Source: Vitrella brassicaformis CCMP3155 (lineage: Eukaryota; Protista; Chromerida). Taken from it: DNA of 64,000 bases. Under the pieces are notes generated by a model, which made no database searches, was not told where the DNA came from, and saw only the letters and a program-made list of their open reading frames with translations. The DNA is taken from NCBI GenBank assembly GCA_001179505.1, contig CDMY01000415.1, forward strand, positions 18,734 to 82,733, in the 5' to 3' direction. A program made the position numbers and the translations under genes. Positions 1 to 12,016 of the stretch are shown piece after piece; the stretch's first letter is position 1, and every line of letters begins with the position of its first letter.

Positions 1-158
1 TAATCTCGTTGGGTCTGTGGGGCGGCTTGCCTGCCGCCGTGGCCCTGTTTCCTCAGAAGATGGAGCTGTCTGCCACTGCTCTGGAGCCGTCATTTCATGG
101 TCTGATGACTGAAGATGGGGAGCCGGTCAAAGAGGTCTTCCTAAATAAGGGATTGTAG
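1..158 (+). CDS. SFXN: Sideroflexin (mitochondrial SFXN/Mtc carrier), last exon only; gene begins upstream of the window
   Basis: The frame from nt 3 reads ISLGLWGGLPAAVALFPQKMELSATALEP...KEVFLNKGL-TAG(156-158). ALFPQ and terminal FxNKGL are the sideroflexin C-terminal signature. Confidence 0.85.
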   Translation, partial: ISLGLWGGLPAAVALFPQKMELSATALEPSFHGLMTEDGEPVKEVFLNKGL

Positions 159-1215
159 GCAGGCAGGCCATGGATCGGGAGGGGAGGACGATCGGATTGT
201 AGCCGGCTGAATTCAGCTCGTTCTCGTGTGTTTGTTTCTGCTGCTTCATAGTGCAGATCTTGCACTACACTATGTGTGTGTGTGCATCCCTTCGTCACTC
301 GTTTTTTGCTGTCCTTTTTCTGGGCTTCCGTCATGTCGCGGCGTGCGTGTGCTGTGCAATGCACTCCTGTAATACATGCCCTCTCACGTATGCATGTTTC
401 TGGTGATGCGCTGCGTACGGCTGTCTGTCTCTCCGGGCCTGCTTGTGCAAAAACTACTGTGGCTCTGTCGCCGCCTTTTGCCTCTGTTGCGGCGGACACA
501 AAAGGGTACGCATGATTGATATACATACAGGTTTGGCTGTCTGGCCATCGATCGATGGATGGATGGATTTGCTGACGGGTGCTTGCTTGGACAGGGATCC
601 CGTCTCAGGAGGGCGGTCCCCTGGACGGCCCTCACTGCCTTTGACACATGGACATAGTAGGTATCTCAATGATGTCTGACAGCGAGGTGGCAGGGCAGGA
701 CTTTTTGTCTGTCTGTCTGTCTGTCTGTTTCCTCCAAGCTGGAGGAATGATCTTTGAGATATTTCCTACGTACGCGCGTGAGCGCGCTGCTTGAGGAGAA
801 GAATGACACGTGTGAGCTAAGCTTGTGTGCCCGTGTGTTGCGTGCTGCGTGCGTCAATCAGTCGGCCAGTCAGCTATGCTCCAGCAGCGAGTGTTGAATT
901 TTTGACTCGCCCATTGTGTGTCGGTGCGTGTGGGTGTGTGTATGGGTTTGGAGCGCTGGATGTGTCGTGAAATGCACGACGGCGGGACGCCCGATGGGGT
1001 AGGCGATACTGACAAAGGGATTCGATCAACCACTGGACATGAGCACCGCAAGCGCGTCCATCTGTACAAGAATCAAGAATTACACACACATGTATCCGTG
1101 TCTCACACACACACGCACATACACCTACACACACTAGCCCCGCCTGCTATCCACAAATGCATCCCTCCCTCTCCCATCCCCTCGACGTCAACCAATCAAT
1201 CACTCACTCACACGC

Positions 1216-2404
1216 TCACTGCAGCTGGACCCTGCGTCGCTTGTGCGGCCGGCCGGATGGCGAGAGTGGCGCCTCGCTCCTGCCGTCATCATCGGCCAGC
1301 ACCGCCTCCACCACACCAATCATCACATATGCGCTTTCATACGCAGCACTCCCCAGCGCCCGTATCACCCAGCTCTTGTCGGCCGCATAACGGGCGAGCA
1401 CCTTCAACCAACCGAGAGAACAACCAGCACAGGGGCATCCATCCATCCATCCATACGGCCACGTACGAGCCACCCACCCAATTGATTGTACCTTTGCAAA
1501 GGGCACTATGTCCCGCTTGTGGGCCTCCATGAGGCTCGGCGCTTCGCGCCTCGCCTTCGCTCCCCCCACCTGTCCATCTGCTGCTCACGATCCCATCCGC
1601 TCATCCACGCCGTCAGCACACGAAGGGGGGACACCCCGTCCGCCGTCATGTTGGCCAGATACACAGCCATGAGCTCAGACACCTACACCCAGCCAGCCAG
1701 CCAGCCACGCACGCAGCGGCAGCAACAAGCACACATTCCAATGAACAACGGATTGAACCAGTGAGTGCGCCAGGCACTCGCTGCTCGGGCGTACCTTTCG
1801 TGTGATGGCGCCTCCGATGGTCTGGATGTCCCACCAGGCCCCCGCGCGAATCATCATGCGCAGGCAGTGCAGCACCAGGCACCGCATCGGATAATGGTGG
1901 ATGGTCATGGGGGGCCCTGAGGTGCTGCAGCTGGGTGTCGTCGCGATCGCTGAATGCTCTGCGCTCCTCGTCGGTGTCAAAGAGCACCGTGTTGGCCTTG
2001 CTGCAGCCGAGGATGCCCACATTGAAGATGGGCATGCTAGAGTCGGTGTCGGGGTCCTCATGACCAAGCATGAAGCCCCCGCGGCACAGGACCAGCGGCT
2101 CCCCTTCGTCGGTGACGTCGTCGCCCGTCTCCACCGATGTGTCCGGCACCGAGTAGCAGGACACCGAATCGGGCCGGATGATCGGCTGGTGGACGCGGGT
2201 GGAGATTTCGACAGTGCGGACGTCCTTGACAGGCAGCTCCGCGCTGTTCTGGACAAGTGGATTGCTGCACACACACACAGACACACACATGGTCTGCACA
2301 CACACACAGGAAACACACAGCGGCATGACAATCGCCCATTGACGGCTCTCCGAGTGGGCACCTCCACCCACCTCCATCTCATAGGGGTCTCCGTGATCGG
2401 CCAT
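1216..2404 (-). pseudogene. Multi-exon hypothetical protein gene (gene A) with a +1 frameshift
   Basis: Phase-compatible exons MADHGDPYEME|NSAELPVKDV...QLQHLRAP, then a frame switch at a C6 run (~1909-1914) to MTIHHYPMRCLVLHCLRMMIRAGAWWDIQ...ITRK|VSELMAVYL..., ending PHKRRRVQLQ* at 1216. High-GC3 codons switch frame at the run. Confidence 0.55.
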
Positions 2405-2559
2405 CCGCCAAAGTGCTCCTGCGATGCTGTTTGGTCTTTGGCGACAGACCAACACGCACATTTAGACCAACACGCACACGTGACTTCTGTCTGTGTCCAT
2501 TTGTCTTTGTTCATCATGACGTTGGCATTGTTGGCCGCCACATTCATTCCCCTCCTTTA

Positions 2560-4475
2560 TCATGAAGACATGTTCATGTCTATCCCTAGCCTCTTCTCCA
2601 GCAGTTCACGAAACACCTTTGTTAGCACCGCTCTATCCACGCGGTCGATCACCATCTGATGACATCACCACACTGTCTGTATGTCGGTTGACGTCCGTTA
2701 GTGCCTGACATTCTTACATCGAGCTTCATTTGCTCCCCCGTCTCCTGGATGGTCTTTATCTGGTGCTGGAGGTCACGCCACATCTGTGTGTGCACAGTCA
2801 GCATAGAAGATTGGTTCTGCTTCAGGCATGCGTCATGTCTTGTGTGGTCACCTTTGTGTCCCTCTTCCGCAGCCACGCCTGTTGGGCGTCTCGCCCCTCG
2901 GCTGCAATCACGGGGCCACGCAGCAGAGCCTTGGTCTTCTCCATGTCAGCCTCGCTGCATTTCTTCGACTGTAAGTCAAACTGAGGCAGAGTGCACACAC
3001 GGCACAGACGTGAACCCAGCACAGCTGTGCAAGCGCGATACTGTTTCCTGGGCATACCTTCTTTGTCCACATGTCGACCTGCATGCACGTCACGGCGAAC
3101 TAGCTGACGTCGATTTTGTGGTGCTCCAGTCGAGAGGCGAGACCGAGGCCGATATCTAGACCATGGACGTCGCCGTCGCCCAAGTGGAAAACCTGCACAG
3201 ACAACACAGCCGCTGCCTGTGTGTTATTGCGCGTGTCGTCTCTGTTCTTGCCGTCTTACCACCATTCGAGGGAACAGACTGAGCGCGAGTGCACGGTGTC
3301 CCGCTGGCCCTCTGTCTCGGTGGTGTGCTTACTGGCCAACACTACATCGAAGATATCCATCTGGTGAATCCTCCGTGCAACGCCCTCCTGCTCAACGGTG
3401 GCAATGGTGAGTGCGCCACGGCCAGGCCATCTTGAATTCTCGTCTTGGAGAAGTGACACACATCTTGGAGGAGTGACACACGACCTGCAGGCGACCCATC
3501 GGGAAGCAATATCGTGCACACAGTCAGATGCTGATGTCGTGTTCTGCGTGCCTGTCGGTAACGCGTCCGTGACAGGCATTCCCCACAGGCTGTCCGGCGT
3601 GTCCGACTTGTGCATGTCCTCTGGCCGGAGGGATAGATGAGCCGTCCAGATGGTGGCAGCCGGCTCAACGATGATGCCCAGCTGAGAAAGCGTGGCTCCG
3701 GCGATTAGTTGCATACCTGTGTGAGGAGAACATCAACACGAGAGCTGGTGTTTCGCACAGACGGTGGGATTTAATCAGACGACTGACCGCGCCTGATGAC
3801 GGCCAGGCCGTCGTCGACACTCCACTTGGCGACAGTGTTCTCCAGTCGGTATTGCACCTCACGATGGGCTGGTGTGCCTACTTCGGCCAGCTGGTGCAAC
3901 ACACACACACCTAAAGTGAGCACCATAGACACCCCAAGCCTCCTGGATTTTGTTTGCATTTCCTGCGCCATGTCGGTGCGACCCCACCTGCCACTGCCTT
4001 TTTGATCCTCGGTGTGAGGCTTGCGCGAGGTCCCACGATCATCGCAGCATTGACATCCTACACACCACAACACGGCGTCGCGTCCGTATGTGGGCGGCAG
4101 TGTCGCCTGCACTGTGACTAACCTCGTCCGTCATTTCTTCGTCGTCCTTGGACACAGGCACTGATGTGAAGCCCGAGAGAAGCTGTCGAACCCATGTTGG
4201 GGTCGACGGTCCACAGACGGTGGAGCGCTGCGAGACGTGCTGACACACACACACGTACGTGATGCAGACCCGTGTGTGTTTGTGTGTGTTCGTGATTGTG
4301 CATTCCTTCCCTCTCACTGCTGACCTTCAGGCGCCCGCGGCCTCAGGAGCTCTGCCTCAGACGCGCAGGCGACTCGCAGGAGAGCTTCCCAGTCGGCAAT
4401 GCCCTCGACCTTGTAATAAGCCACGGAGACTGCACCGGTAGGCTGAACCTCGACGAGGGTACCATCTGCACACAC
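2560..4475 (-). pseudogene. Multi-exon hypothetical gene (gene C) with an in-frame TAG and a 20-bp duplication frameshift
   Basis: Exon chain ...DDEEMTDE|DVNAAMIVGP...|GVCVLHQLAE...|MQLIAGATLSQ...|...HQMDIFD|VFHLGDGDVHG...KIDVS*FAVTCMQVDMWTKK|FDLQSKK...|MWRDLQHQ...|MVIDRVDRAV...NMSS*. TAG at 3100-3102 lies mid-exon. A 20-bp direct duplication at ~3443-3480 breaks the frame. Confidence 0.5.
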
Positions 4476-4554
4476 GATGAACCAACATTGACTGAGTGAG
4501 GGAGGGGGGGAACACCCATGGGCCGTCGTCTGTCTGTCTGTCTGTCTGACTTGA

Positions 4555-7500
4555 AGAATGAGAGCCCCTTGAAGAGGTCCCCGATGAGCACGAAGTCCTT
4601 GATGATGGAGCAGCAGGTGATGAACGTCATGCCGTCATGGATCACACCGCCAAGCAGCTGACGCTCGCCCACCTCCTAGCATAGCAACAGCACACAGACA
4701 GACAGACAGACAGACAGACATGGTCAGTCAGAGAGATAGATAGACAGACAGAGAGAGATCCGCCCACACACACCTGCACAATGAGCCAGCCGGCGTGCAT
4801 CACATACGAGCCGCTGGCCGCCTTGCCACTCACAGGCTCGAACCGCGTCAGCACAGACACCGGACCCTTGTAGCTGCTCTTCAGATACACACGGAAGCCG
4901 TACTGCTCCACACCCGAGGCGCCCTCCGTGCCCGCCGCTAGTGGTGGTGGTGGGTGCGGGGGGATGACGTCCATGGCGTCGTCGGAGGGGTTGGGCAGCT
5001 GCAGGAGGTATACCTGGCCAGTCGTGTGGCCTTCCGGCTGGTCGGTGTGAAGCTGCGCGGAGCCCACGGCCAGCAGGGTCTCGCCTGATTTGATTCAAGC
5101 AAGGCAAGAAAGAACATTGTGTTTGTGTGGAGTGGAGAGGGTTATGCATGTATGTTTGTGCACTGCACTGCACCATAGATGCGGAGGAAGCTGAGGCTGA
5201 GCGCCTTCTCCAGAGGGCCGAACTTCCACCAACTGACAGACAACCGAGTCACAAACCCAAACCAACAAATCCAAGCCGACACAAACACAAAAGGGTCATC
5301 ACATAACCCCCTAGGGCCGCCGGTGTTTCTTCCTTTCCTTCTTCTCGGCACTTACGCGCAGGGTGCATGCAGCCCGCCATCCAGCCTGTACAGCCTCACC
5401 TCGTGCCTGTCAGTCACCCTCCTCAACCCCACACGAGCCCCAGCCCCAGCCCCCCCGTCAGACTGCAGCAGCAGCAGCCGCTCGTTGAAGGACCCCCTGA
5501 GCGACTCGGGCACATACTCACTGTCTTCATCCTCCAGGCCCGTCTTGGGCCCATGGTACGCCACCACTGGCTCCTCGTCAGCCAGCGGGACGGCCACGGC
5601 CAGCATACCCACCGATGGGTCGCTCAGAGCCATGTGGCCGCAGGGAGAGCCCATCAGGACGGGTTGGGGATGAGTCTCAGTGGCTGCCGAAGGGGCATCA
5701 GGCTGGGGCGGCAATGGCGGCTCCTCTGTGTCTGTGTGGTCGATGACGTCCTCGGGGAGAGGAGGAGGGCAGGGGCGTGGGGGGCTGCCCAGGGGCACCT
5801 AATGGATGGATGGAAGGATGGATGGATGGCAAGAGAGAGGGAAGAGCGGAGTGTGGGTGTGCATTGCGTCCGTCCGTGTGTCCGAGCATGGATACCTTCA
5901 GTTGGGGTATTGGCTTGGCCAGGTCCCATTTGGCGATGTGCTCGACGGCAGATGAGGGGGCGACATTGCTGCTGCCGGGTGCGTCACCGTCGTTCCTCTG
6001 GGGGATGTCCAGCTCCTCAACCTACACACACAACAGACACATAACATCATCCAGAGAGAGGGGAAGGAGAGAGCACTGACGTCAATCAGTATCCGTGCTG
6101 GTTGCAGCCCTCAGTGCACTGAATGGACGCAGCTTACGTATTCCAGCCGGATCATCGATGTCGACGACAGACTCAAGAACCTGAACAAACATACAACAGC
6201 AGCAGGCGTGAACGAAGCAGGGACGCGCAACACGCTTACGCATGGGGATAGGCCGGCGTCCTGAAGGGTGCACAAACACCTCACTCCGCCTCCCCACCAC
6301 CCACCACCTCCCTCCGTCCGGGGGGCACCACAAACGCGCCCCTCTCTCCACCCACCGACACGAACGGGACCACCTTTCCTCCGCCATAGACGCCGAAGGG
6401 CACCAGCTCGCCCGTGGAGGCCTGATGCTGATAGGAGGGCATGACGGGCAGCACAATAGGGTGCATCATGAGCTTGAAGCGGTAGGGGAATGACGGGGCG
6501 GTCTCGGGGAACTCTTCGCTCAGGTCCTGCTCCTCCTTGCCTCGGGGGGCGGCCTGTGTGCACGGTAGATGAGGATGGGTCGGCTGGGGAGGAAGACGAC
6601 GAGCGTGGGGGTGCTGTCGATGTCGGTCATGTCGGCCCCCAGCTGGGAGGGGAGGGCGGGGGAGTGGTGCTGGGGGGGCTTGTTCTGCGGGAGAGGGTCG
6701 TGCGTCGACATGTGTCGCGGGGCAGCCGTGAGGTCCGTTAGCGACCGGAAGACATCCGATGCAGATATATAGCGCTCCTCAGCATCACCTAAGGCAATGA
6801 ATGAATGCACCAACGCAGCGCAGCACGGCACAGCACAACACGCAGAGGTCAGTCAGGTGAGCGACGTGTATGGGTTTGGCCTGACTGACCTGAGTGGCAT
6901 GTCCGCAGGATGGGCGGGACCAGGTAGAGCTGCTCCACATAGAAGACCACCCTCTTGCTCGCCATCTCGCCCGTCACTGCCGCAAACACAGCACCCTCCT
7001 CCTCCGAGTAGCAGCTGAGCGTCATGACGTCCCCTGTCATGCAGTCGGGCAGCCCCTCCACCTCACGCAGCCCCCCTGCTGCGGCCTGGTACGCCCTCAC
7101 TCGACCAGTGTCGAACAGCACGGTCACATAGGGCTCGTTGACGCACGCCTTAACGGCCAGGGAAAGGTCGTCCCCCTCGTTGAAGTCGATAGACGTCTCA
7201 TTATGGGCGTCGGCCGTCAGGTCCCCCTGGTCGGTCATGGGGATGGCGCGCAGTGCGTTTGGGGTGACCTGGACAAGGAGCCCTGTGAGCGCCCCCGCAC
7301 CCACAGTGCAGCTCTCGCTGTCGATGTGGATGTCTTCGGTGACCTCCTCCAGCCGGTCGTCGTCGGCGCTCGTGGTGGCGGACCCCATGGCCAGCGCATA
7401 GGTGCGCCCCACACCCAGCCGCGCATCGCTGCTAACCAGCACGTATGCGTGACGATGAGAACCGCCCACGTCATCATCACCACCACCACCACCACTGTCA

Positions 7501-9402
7501 GCCGCACGCCTCAGCGAGGCCTGCATGCTGATCGACGGCAGCCCATCGCTCTTGCTGACCTCGCTCCTCTCCCCTCTGGCCGTTATGTGGCCGTCGACAT
7601 CACCCTCCCCTCCCACCTCGCCGTCCTCGTCTCCCCGCTTCCTCTTAACTCCCCCGCCCCGACCACCGCCCGACCGCACAGACATCTGGTGGCCCACAGG
7701 GACGGTCCAGAGGTAGCCGGCGTCCTGTAGGTCAAATTCCACGATCGAGTAGGTGGGGACGGTCCGCTGGATGGCGCAGAGGAGCGGCGGGAGTGCGGGT
7801 CTGCCCTCGAGAGTGCCGCCCATGACGGCTGCGTAGCGCATGGTGCGGAGTTCCTCGGTGCGCTCGGAGGGGAGGGCGGTCTCCATGCCCGAGATGTCGA
7901 CGCGTCGCGGCCACTCGGCGAGGGTGCGGAGGCTGCCGCTGCAGTCCAGCTGGTCGACCAGTGTGACGTCATAGTGGGAAAGCTCACAGCGGTTGGCAGA
8001 CTCACGCTCATCGCAGAGAGCGATGTATTTCTCCAGCTCTCCTCTGCCTTTGACATCTTGGTCCGAAGTCATGCCGGCGACGGTTGTGTCGTCTGCCATG
8101 GCGGCCTTGAGCCTCCCAAACCACCCGTTGGCGGGCTTGACCAGCAGCCCCCCGCCTCCGTCCTCGGCCCCGCCATTATGCCACCCAGCCGCCCCGAGGC
8201 CAGCATGAAGGAAAAGAGGCGCGGCGGGGGTGCCTCGTGCCGCTGGTTTGGCGGAGAGGGGCACGATGGTGTGCGTGTGCAGCGGTTGGGGGAAGTCGAC
8301 CTTCTGCCAGAGAATGTCGATGACGCCTTCAGTGGGGTGCGTCACCTGCACAAAGAAAGAAACAAAGTGAGAGGAATCTTATATTCTTATGGGTCACCCA
8401 CACCCCCACACACCAACCGCTATATTCTTATGGTTGGTGTGTGTGTGTGTGTGTGTTTGTTGCTTACAAGGTGTAGTAGGAAGAGTGTGCCGTCCCGGAG
8501 GATGGCGATGATGCACGACGGTGTCACGTGGCTCCAGCAGAGGCCGTCCAGACGCACACCCATCTCACTCTTGTCCCTATCAACCAACAGACATATCACA
8601 GCGCAAACCAAACATGGTAACAAGCAAGTCTGCAGACAAGCCAACGATTGAAGCTATGTACCTCACCTAACAGGAAGGGTACAGAAGTGTTGCAGCTCGC
8701 CCGTGAGCCAGGCCCCCTTGTGCGTGACCTGCACGAACCCCCCGCCTCACCCCCTGCTGTACACCACAACCGTCGGCGAAACCACCAGGCAGCCAGCCAG
8801 CACCGACAGCGGCCTCTCGTCGCCCTCCGTCATCGACCGGGGCACCAGCGGGATCACCTCTTGAGCAGTCCATCGGGAGGTCCTCTTGCTGCACACAATC
8901 GGGGTGTGTGTATCTAGCCATTGATGGTGATGTGCTGGTTGGTTGGCTGGTAACCTACTTTGGACATGACGGTGACTCGTTTGGCGTCACAGTCGACGGC
9001 CGCGAGCATGAGGCAGCAGGCCCCCCGACTCATCCCCAGCCGCCCGCACCACACCTGCACACACACAGGCGCATCCCTGCATGCTCACATTAATGCAGAC
9101 AGACATAAGCACCGGTCGGGTTTGGACGAGCAGTGCCAGTGTGAGCTGCGAAGGACCGTCCACAAAGGCAAAGTCGACCTAAGGGCAACGGACAGACAGT
9201 TTTGTTCGTTCGGTGGTGAGCGGTTGTGTGACGTGCAGTGCAGGGGTGGCTCAGGTCAGGTCCCCCACCCACCAGTTGGTGCACCCCCAGCTGGGCCTTG
9301 ATGGCGACGGACCAGGACGCCCCCACAAACAGGTCACCAGACAAGAGCTCGTGATGCCTACACACACACAGACACACACACACACACACACACGGAGAGA
9401 AT

Positions 9403-9436
<34 letters not shown>

Positions 9437-10186
9437 GCCCACCATGAGCTTTTCATGCAACACACGATAGACGTGGGGCACCTCCCTCTGTCCACCCACC
9501 CGGATAATTCGGCTTCCTTCTCGACAGCCTGGTCTTGCCTGTCCTGGATGACGTCGCCACCCAAGGCACCTGCACTGCCGGCTCCCCGACCGCCATCGCC
9601 CTCTCCTCACTATCATCAGCCACACGCCGGAACGGCACGATGATCAGATGGTCGCCAAACAGACGCAACGCAGCACAGCCGCAAAACACCGACTCCACGC
9701 CGTCATGCCGCTCGGATGGCTGCCTGACATACAGACAAGAAATAGAACAACAAGTGGCTGTTGGCATTCTTGGCTTGAGTGACTCAGTCAGATGCGCACA
9801 CAGACCTACCTGTTGTGTGTGTGGTTGTGCGATGCGCATGGTGGGTGCCAGCTGCGGGTGGTTGGTCATGGCCCGGGTGAGCTCAGGCAGGTTGAATGAG
9901 TGCAGACTCAGCGTTGCAATGAACGAGCGCAGACTCAGCGTTGCAAAGTCGTTCAACTCCACGCTGTAACCGCACAGCACCAACTGAACACACACACACA
10001 CACACACACACGTGTGTGCCCGTGCATAGATCTTGGAATCGCTACGCTCCACATCTCTCCCTCTTCCTTTCTGCATACCTGCCCCATTTTGAAGAGCAGC
10101 GCCACTCTGTCAGCATCGCCGCTTCCATCCCCGCCAGCCAAGAAAAACGTGATTGTGACACTCAGCATTGAGTAAATGCCATCCAT
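4555..10186 (-). pseudogene. CPSF1: CPSF1/CPSF160 (cleavage and polyadenylation factor subunit 1), truncated and lesioned copy
   Basis: Segments resemble CPSF1 in order: DRVALLFKMGQLVLCGYSVELNDFATLSLHSF, CAALRLFGDHLIIVPFRR, VDFAFVDG, DLPMDC, LLVQVTPNALRAI, TLVVFLPSRPILIYR, IKDFVLIGDLFKGLSFFK. Lesions: 1-nt frameshift at ~8858, in-frame TGA at 8747-8749, frameshift at a G6 run (6544-6549). The N-terminal ~90 aa and the C-terminal part are not found adjacent. Confidence 0.85.
9894..9947. repeat. 27-bp in-frame tandem duplication inside a CPSF1 exon
   Basis: The sequence gcagactcagcgttgcaa occurs twice with period 27, giving FATLSLRSFIATLSLHSF. Confidence 0.85.
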
Positions 10187-10197
10187 CCATGCAGTAG

Positions 10198-11585
10198 TCA
10201 GTCATTTGCACACGCCCCTCTCTTTTCGCCTTCAGTCTTGCTCAGCGGCGTTAATTCCCATCCCGAGGGAAGACGGATTCTGCCTGTCTGAAACCCCTCA
10301 AACATCCTGGCTACGCATGTTTTTGCTCTTGACTCGAGCACAACGCGCTTGAAGTCATCCTTCCCTTCGAAGTCTTCCTCGTCATCAAGCTCGTCGTCCC
10401 GGTCTTCCTCCCCAGCTCCCTTGAACGGCACCTCTTTGGTGAGGAAGTCGATAAGGAAGTTCGCCGCTTGATGCAACAACAGTGGTCGTTCTTGCCACAC
10501 CCGATTGTTGACGAGCTCCGTCATGATACACTCCTTGCCCTTGGTCAGGAGGCCGATTACCCGATGATCCCCTTGACCGGCAAGGTGTCTCCTGACCAGA
10601 ACGACTTCAGCTCGCACCTGGCCAAGCTCTTGCGGGAGGTCGGTGCCAGGCGCTTTCACCTCGATGACGACTGACATCGACTTCAGCACGTCTTGAACAG
10701 GCAGGGCAAGTCGGCGTTTGTTGTCATGGAACCATACGTACTCCTTTGGCACAATGCAGATGTCACCGGGAGTGCCTCGGAGGCCATGGGGTGGCACTGC
10801 ATTGACGTCTTTCTCCAACTCACACTTGGACTTCCTGACATCCGCTTGAGCCCAGCAGTCACTGCCGGCGCTGTGCAGCTGGTCGAACACCTTTGGCAGA
10901 AGTTTATCTTGCATGTACTCCACGACCGCGTCCTCGTCTCCAACTGAGAGCAAACAAGAAGCCAGAAGTGGATCACGCAAAGATGGAAGCGTCAAAGTGT
11001 ATTTCTCATGCCTGTTGGTGGGTCGAAATCGTTCTCCTTGCATGGCTCCTCTCTGACTTGAAACTCCCACAGTTTGGTGGTGAGGCCGAAGGTTGCGTCG
11101 TGCTGGGGAACTTCGGAGATCCGATACGATTTTACCTGCTCTCTCACAAGCACACACGAAACTCAAGATTCCTTCGTGTGCAGTCCATGTTCGTCTATTA
11201 GTACCTCCTGACGAAGTCTGGCGATAATCGGTGTGTCCTTCTCGTCCCCACACGGTGACGGCAACAGTTCTGAAACCAACATCGCATCGTCCGCCTCTAC
11301 CTCGTTGCCGTTGACGACCAGGACGATGTCAGTCACCGCCACATCGGAGCGGAGCTTGTTGTGGATGGCCGTTATCAATTCCATGCTGCAGCCGGTTCTC
11401 TCGTGGTAGTACACCCGCCATGACTTATTCCAGTCCTCAAACTTAATCCACTTGAGCGTTTCCTCCACGGTCAGAGCTTGGAGCTGCTCTGTCACACCCT
11501 GCACGTCGACTTGCATCTCTCTTGCCTCTCCCATGTCACTCCTCGGCCGCTTCCCCTTCCCTGAGCGTCCCTCTTCCATGTCCAT
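10198..11585 (-). CDS. PD-(D/E)XK restriction-endonuclease-fold protein with a small N-terminal beta-rich (ubiquitin-like?) header; Crinkler/CR-REase-like
   Basis: Three exons (11585-11205, 11135-11012, 10943-10198) join in frame, the second intron being GC-AG. Motifs: GTPGDICIVP, VVIEVK, LGQVRAEVV, VIGLLTKGKEC, acidic tail. No lesions seen. Confidence 0.7.
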
Positions 11586-11890
11586 GAGGAGCGAAAGTGA
11601 GCCCTCGCCGGCTCCCAGACGACGGCACCCTGAATGCACACATACACACACACACACACACACGTGATACACGCACACGGGCGTACACATGGCAGCTTAC
11701 TGAGCTTACTGACGTTTTCTCTTCTTCTTCTTCTCCCGTTTCAGAGAGTACCCTAGGCTGCATGACGGCGAAGTCCTGTGTCGCTGACCTAACACGCAAC
11801 ATGCACCCTAACATGCGACACGGACACGGAACGCGCAGCACGCAGAGGGCAGAGGCAGCAAACATGCAATGCCTCGGTCGGTCGGACTCG

Positions 11891-11901
11891 GTTTAGGGTT
11901 T
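11891..11901. promoter_or_regulatory. Single telo-box-like motif (AAACCCTAAAC on the - strand) between divergent genes
   Basis: gtttagggttt lies upstream of the 5'UTR exons of the nuclease gene and of the + strand hypothetical gene. A regulatory role is inference. Confidence 0.3.
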
Positions 11902-12016
11902 GACGAGACCTGTCCACACACCGCAAGAGGACTTGACCGTCAGGCCGCCTAGGGTGCTCCGTGAAACCGCTGTCCCTGGGCCCGGGTGAAAAAACACGAG
12001 AAGAGCGGACCCAGAG

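Noticed and set aside
1905-6550. Programmed ribosomal frameshifting at C6 runs (~1912 and ~6546)
   Set aside because: There is no slippery heptamer or stimulatory structure, the two shifts go in opposite directions, and they lie in decayed genes; homopolymer indels or assembly errors are simpler.
6894-7730. Long antisense ORFs (also 1901-2659, 21667-22323, 44153-44932, 47700-48314)
   Set aside because: They are shadow frames of GC3-rich exons on the opposite strand, with no splice or homology support.
9560-9620. An additional CPSF1 frameshift near 9605
   Set aside because: The original frame stays open to a usable phase-2 donor, so a lesion is not required.
11891-11901. Interstitial telomere or chromosome-healing site
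   Set aside because: There is only about 1.5 repeat units; at most a promoter telo-box.
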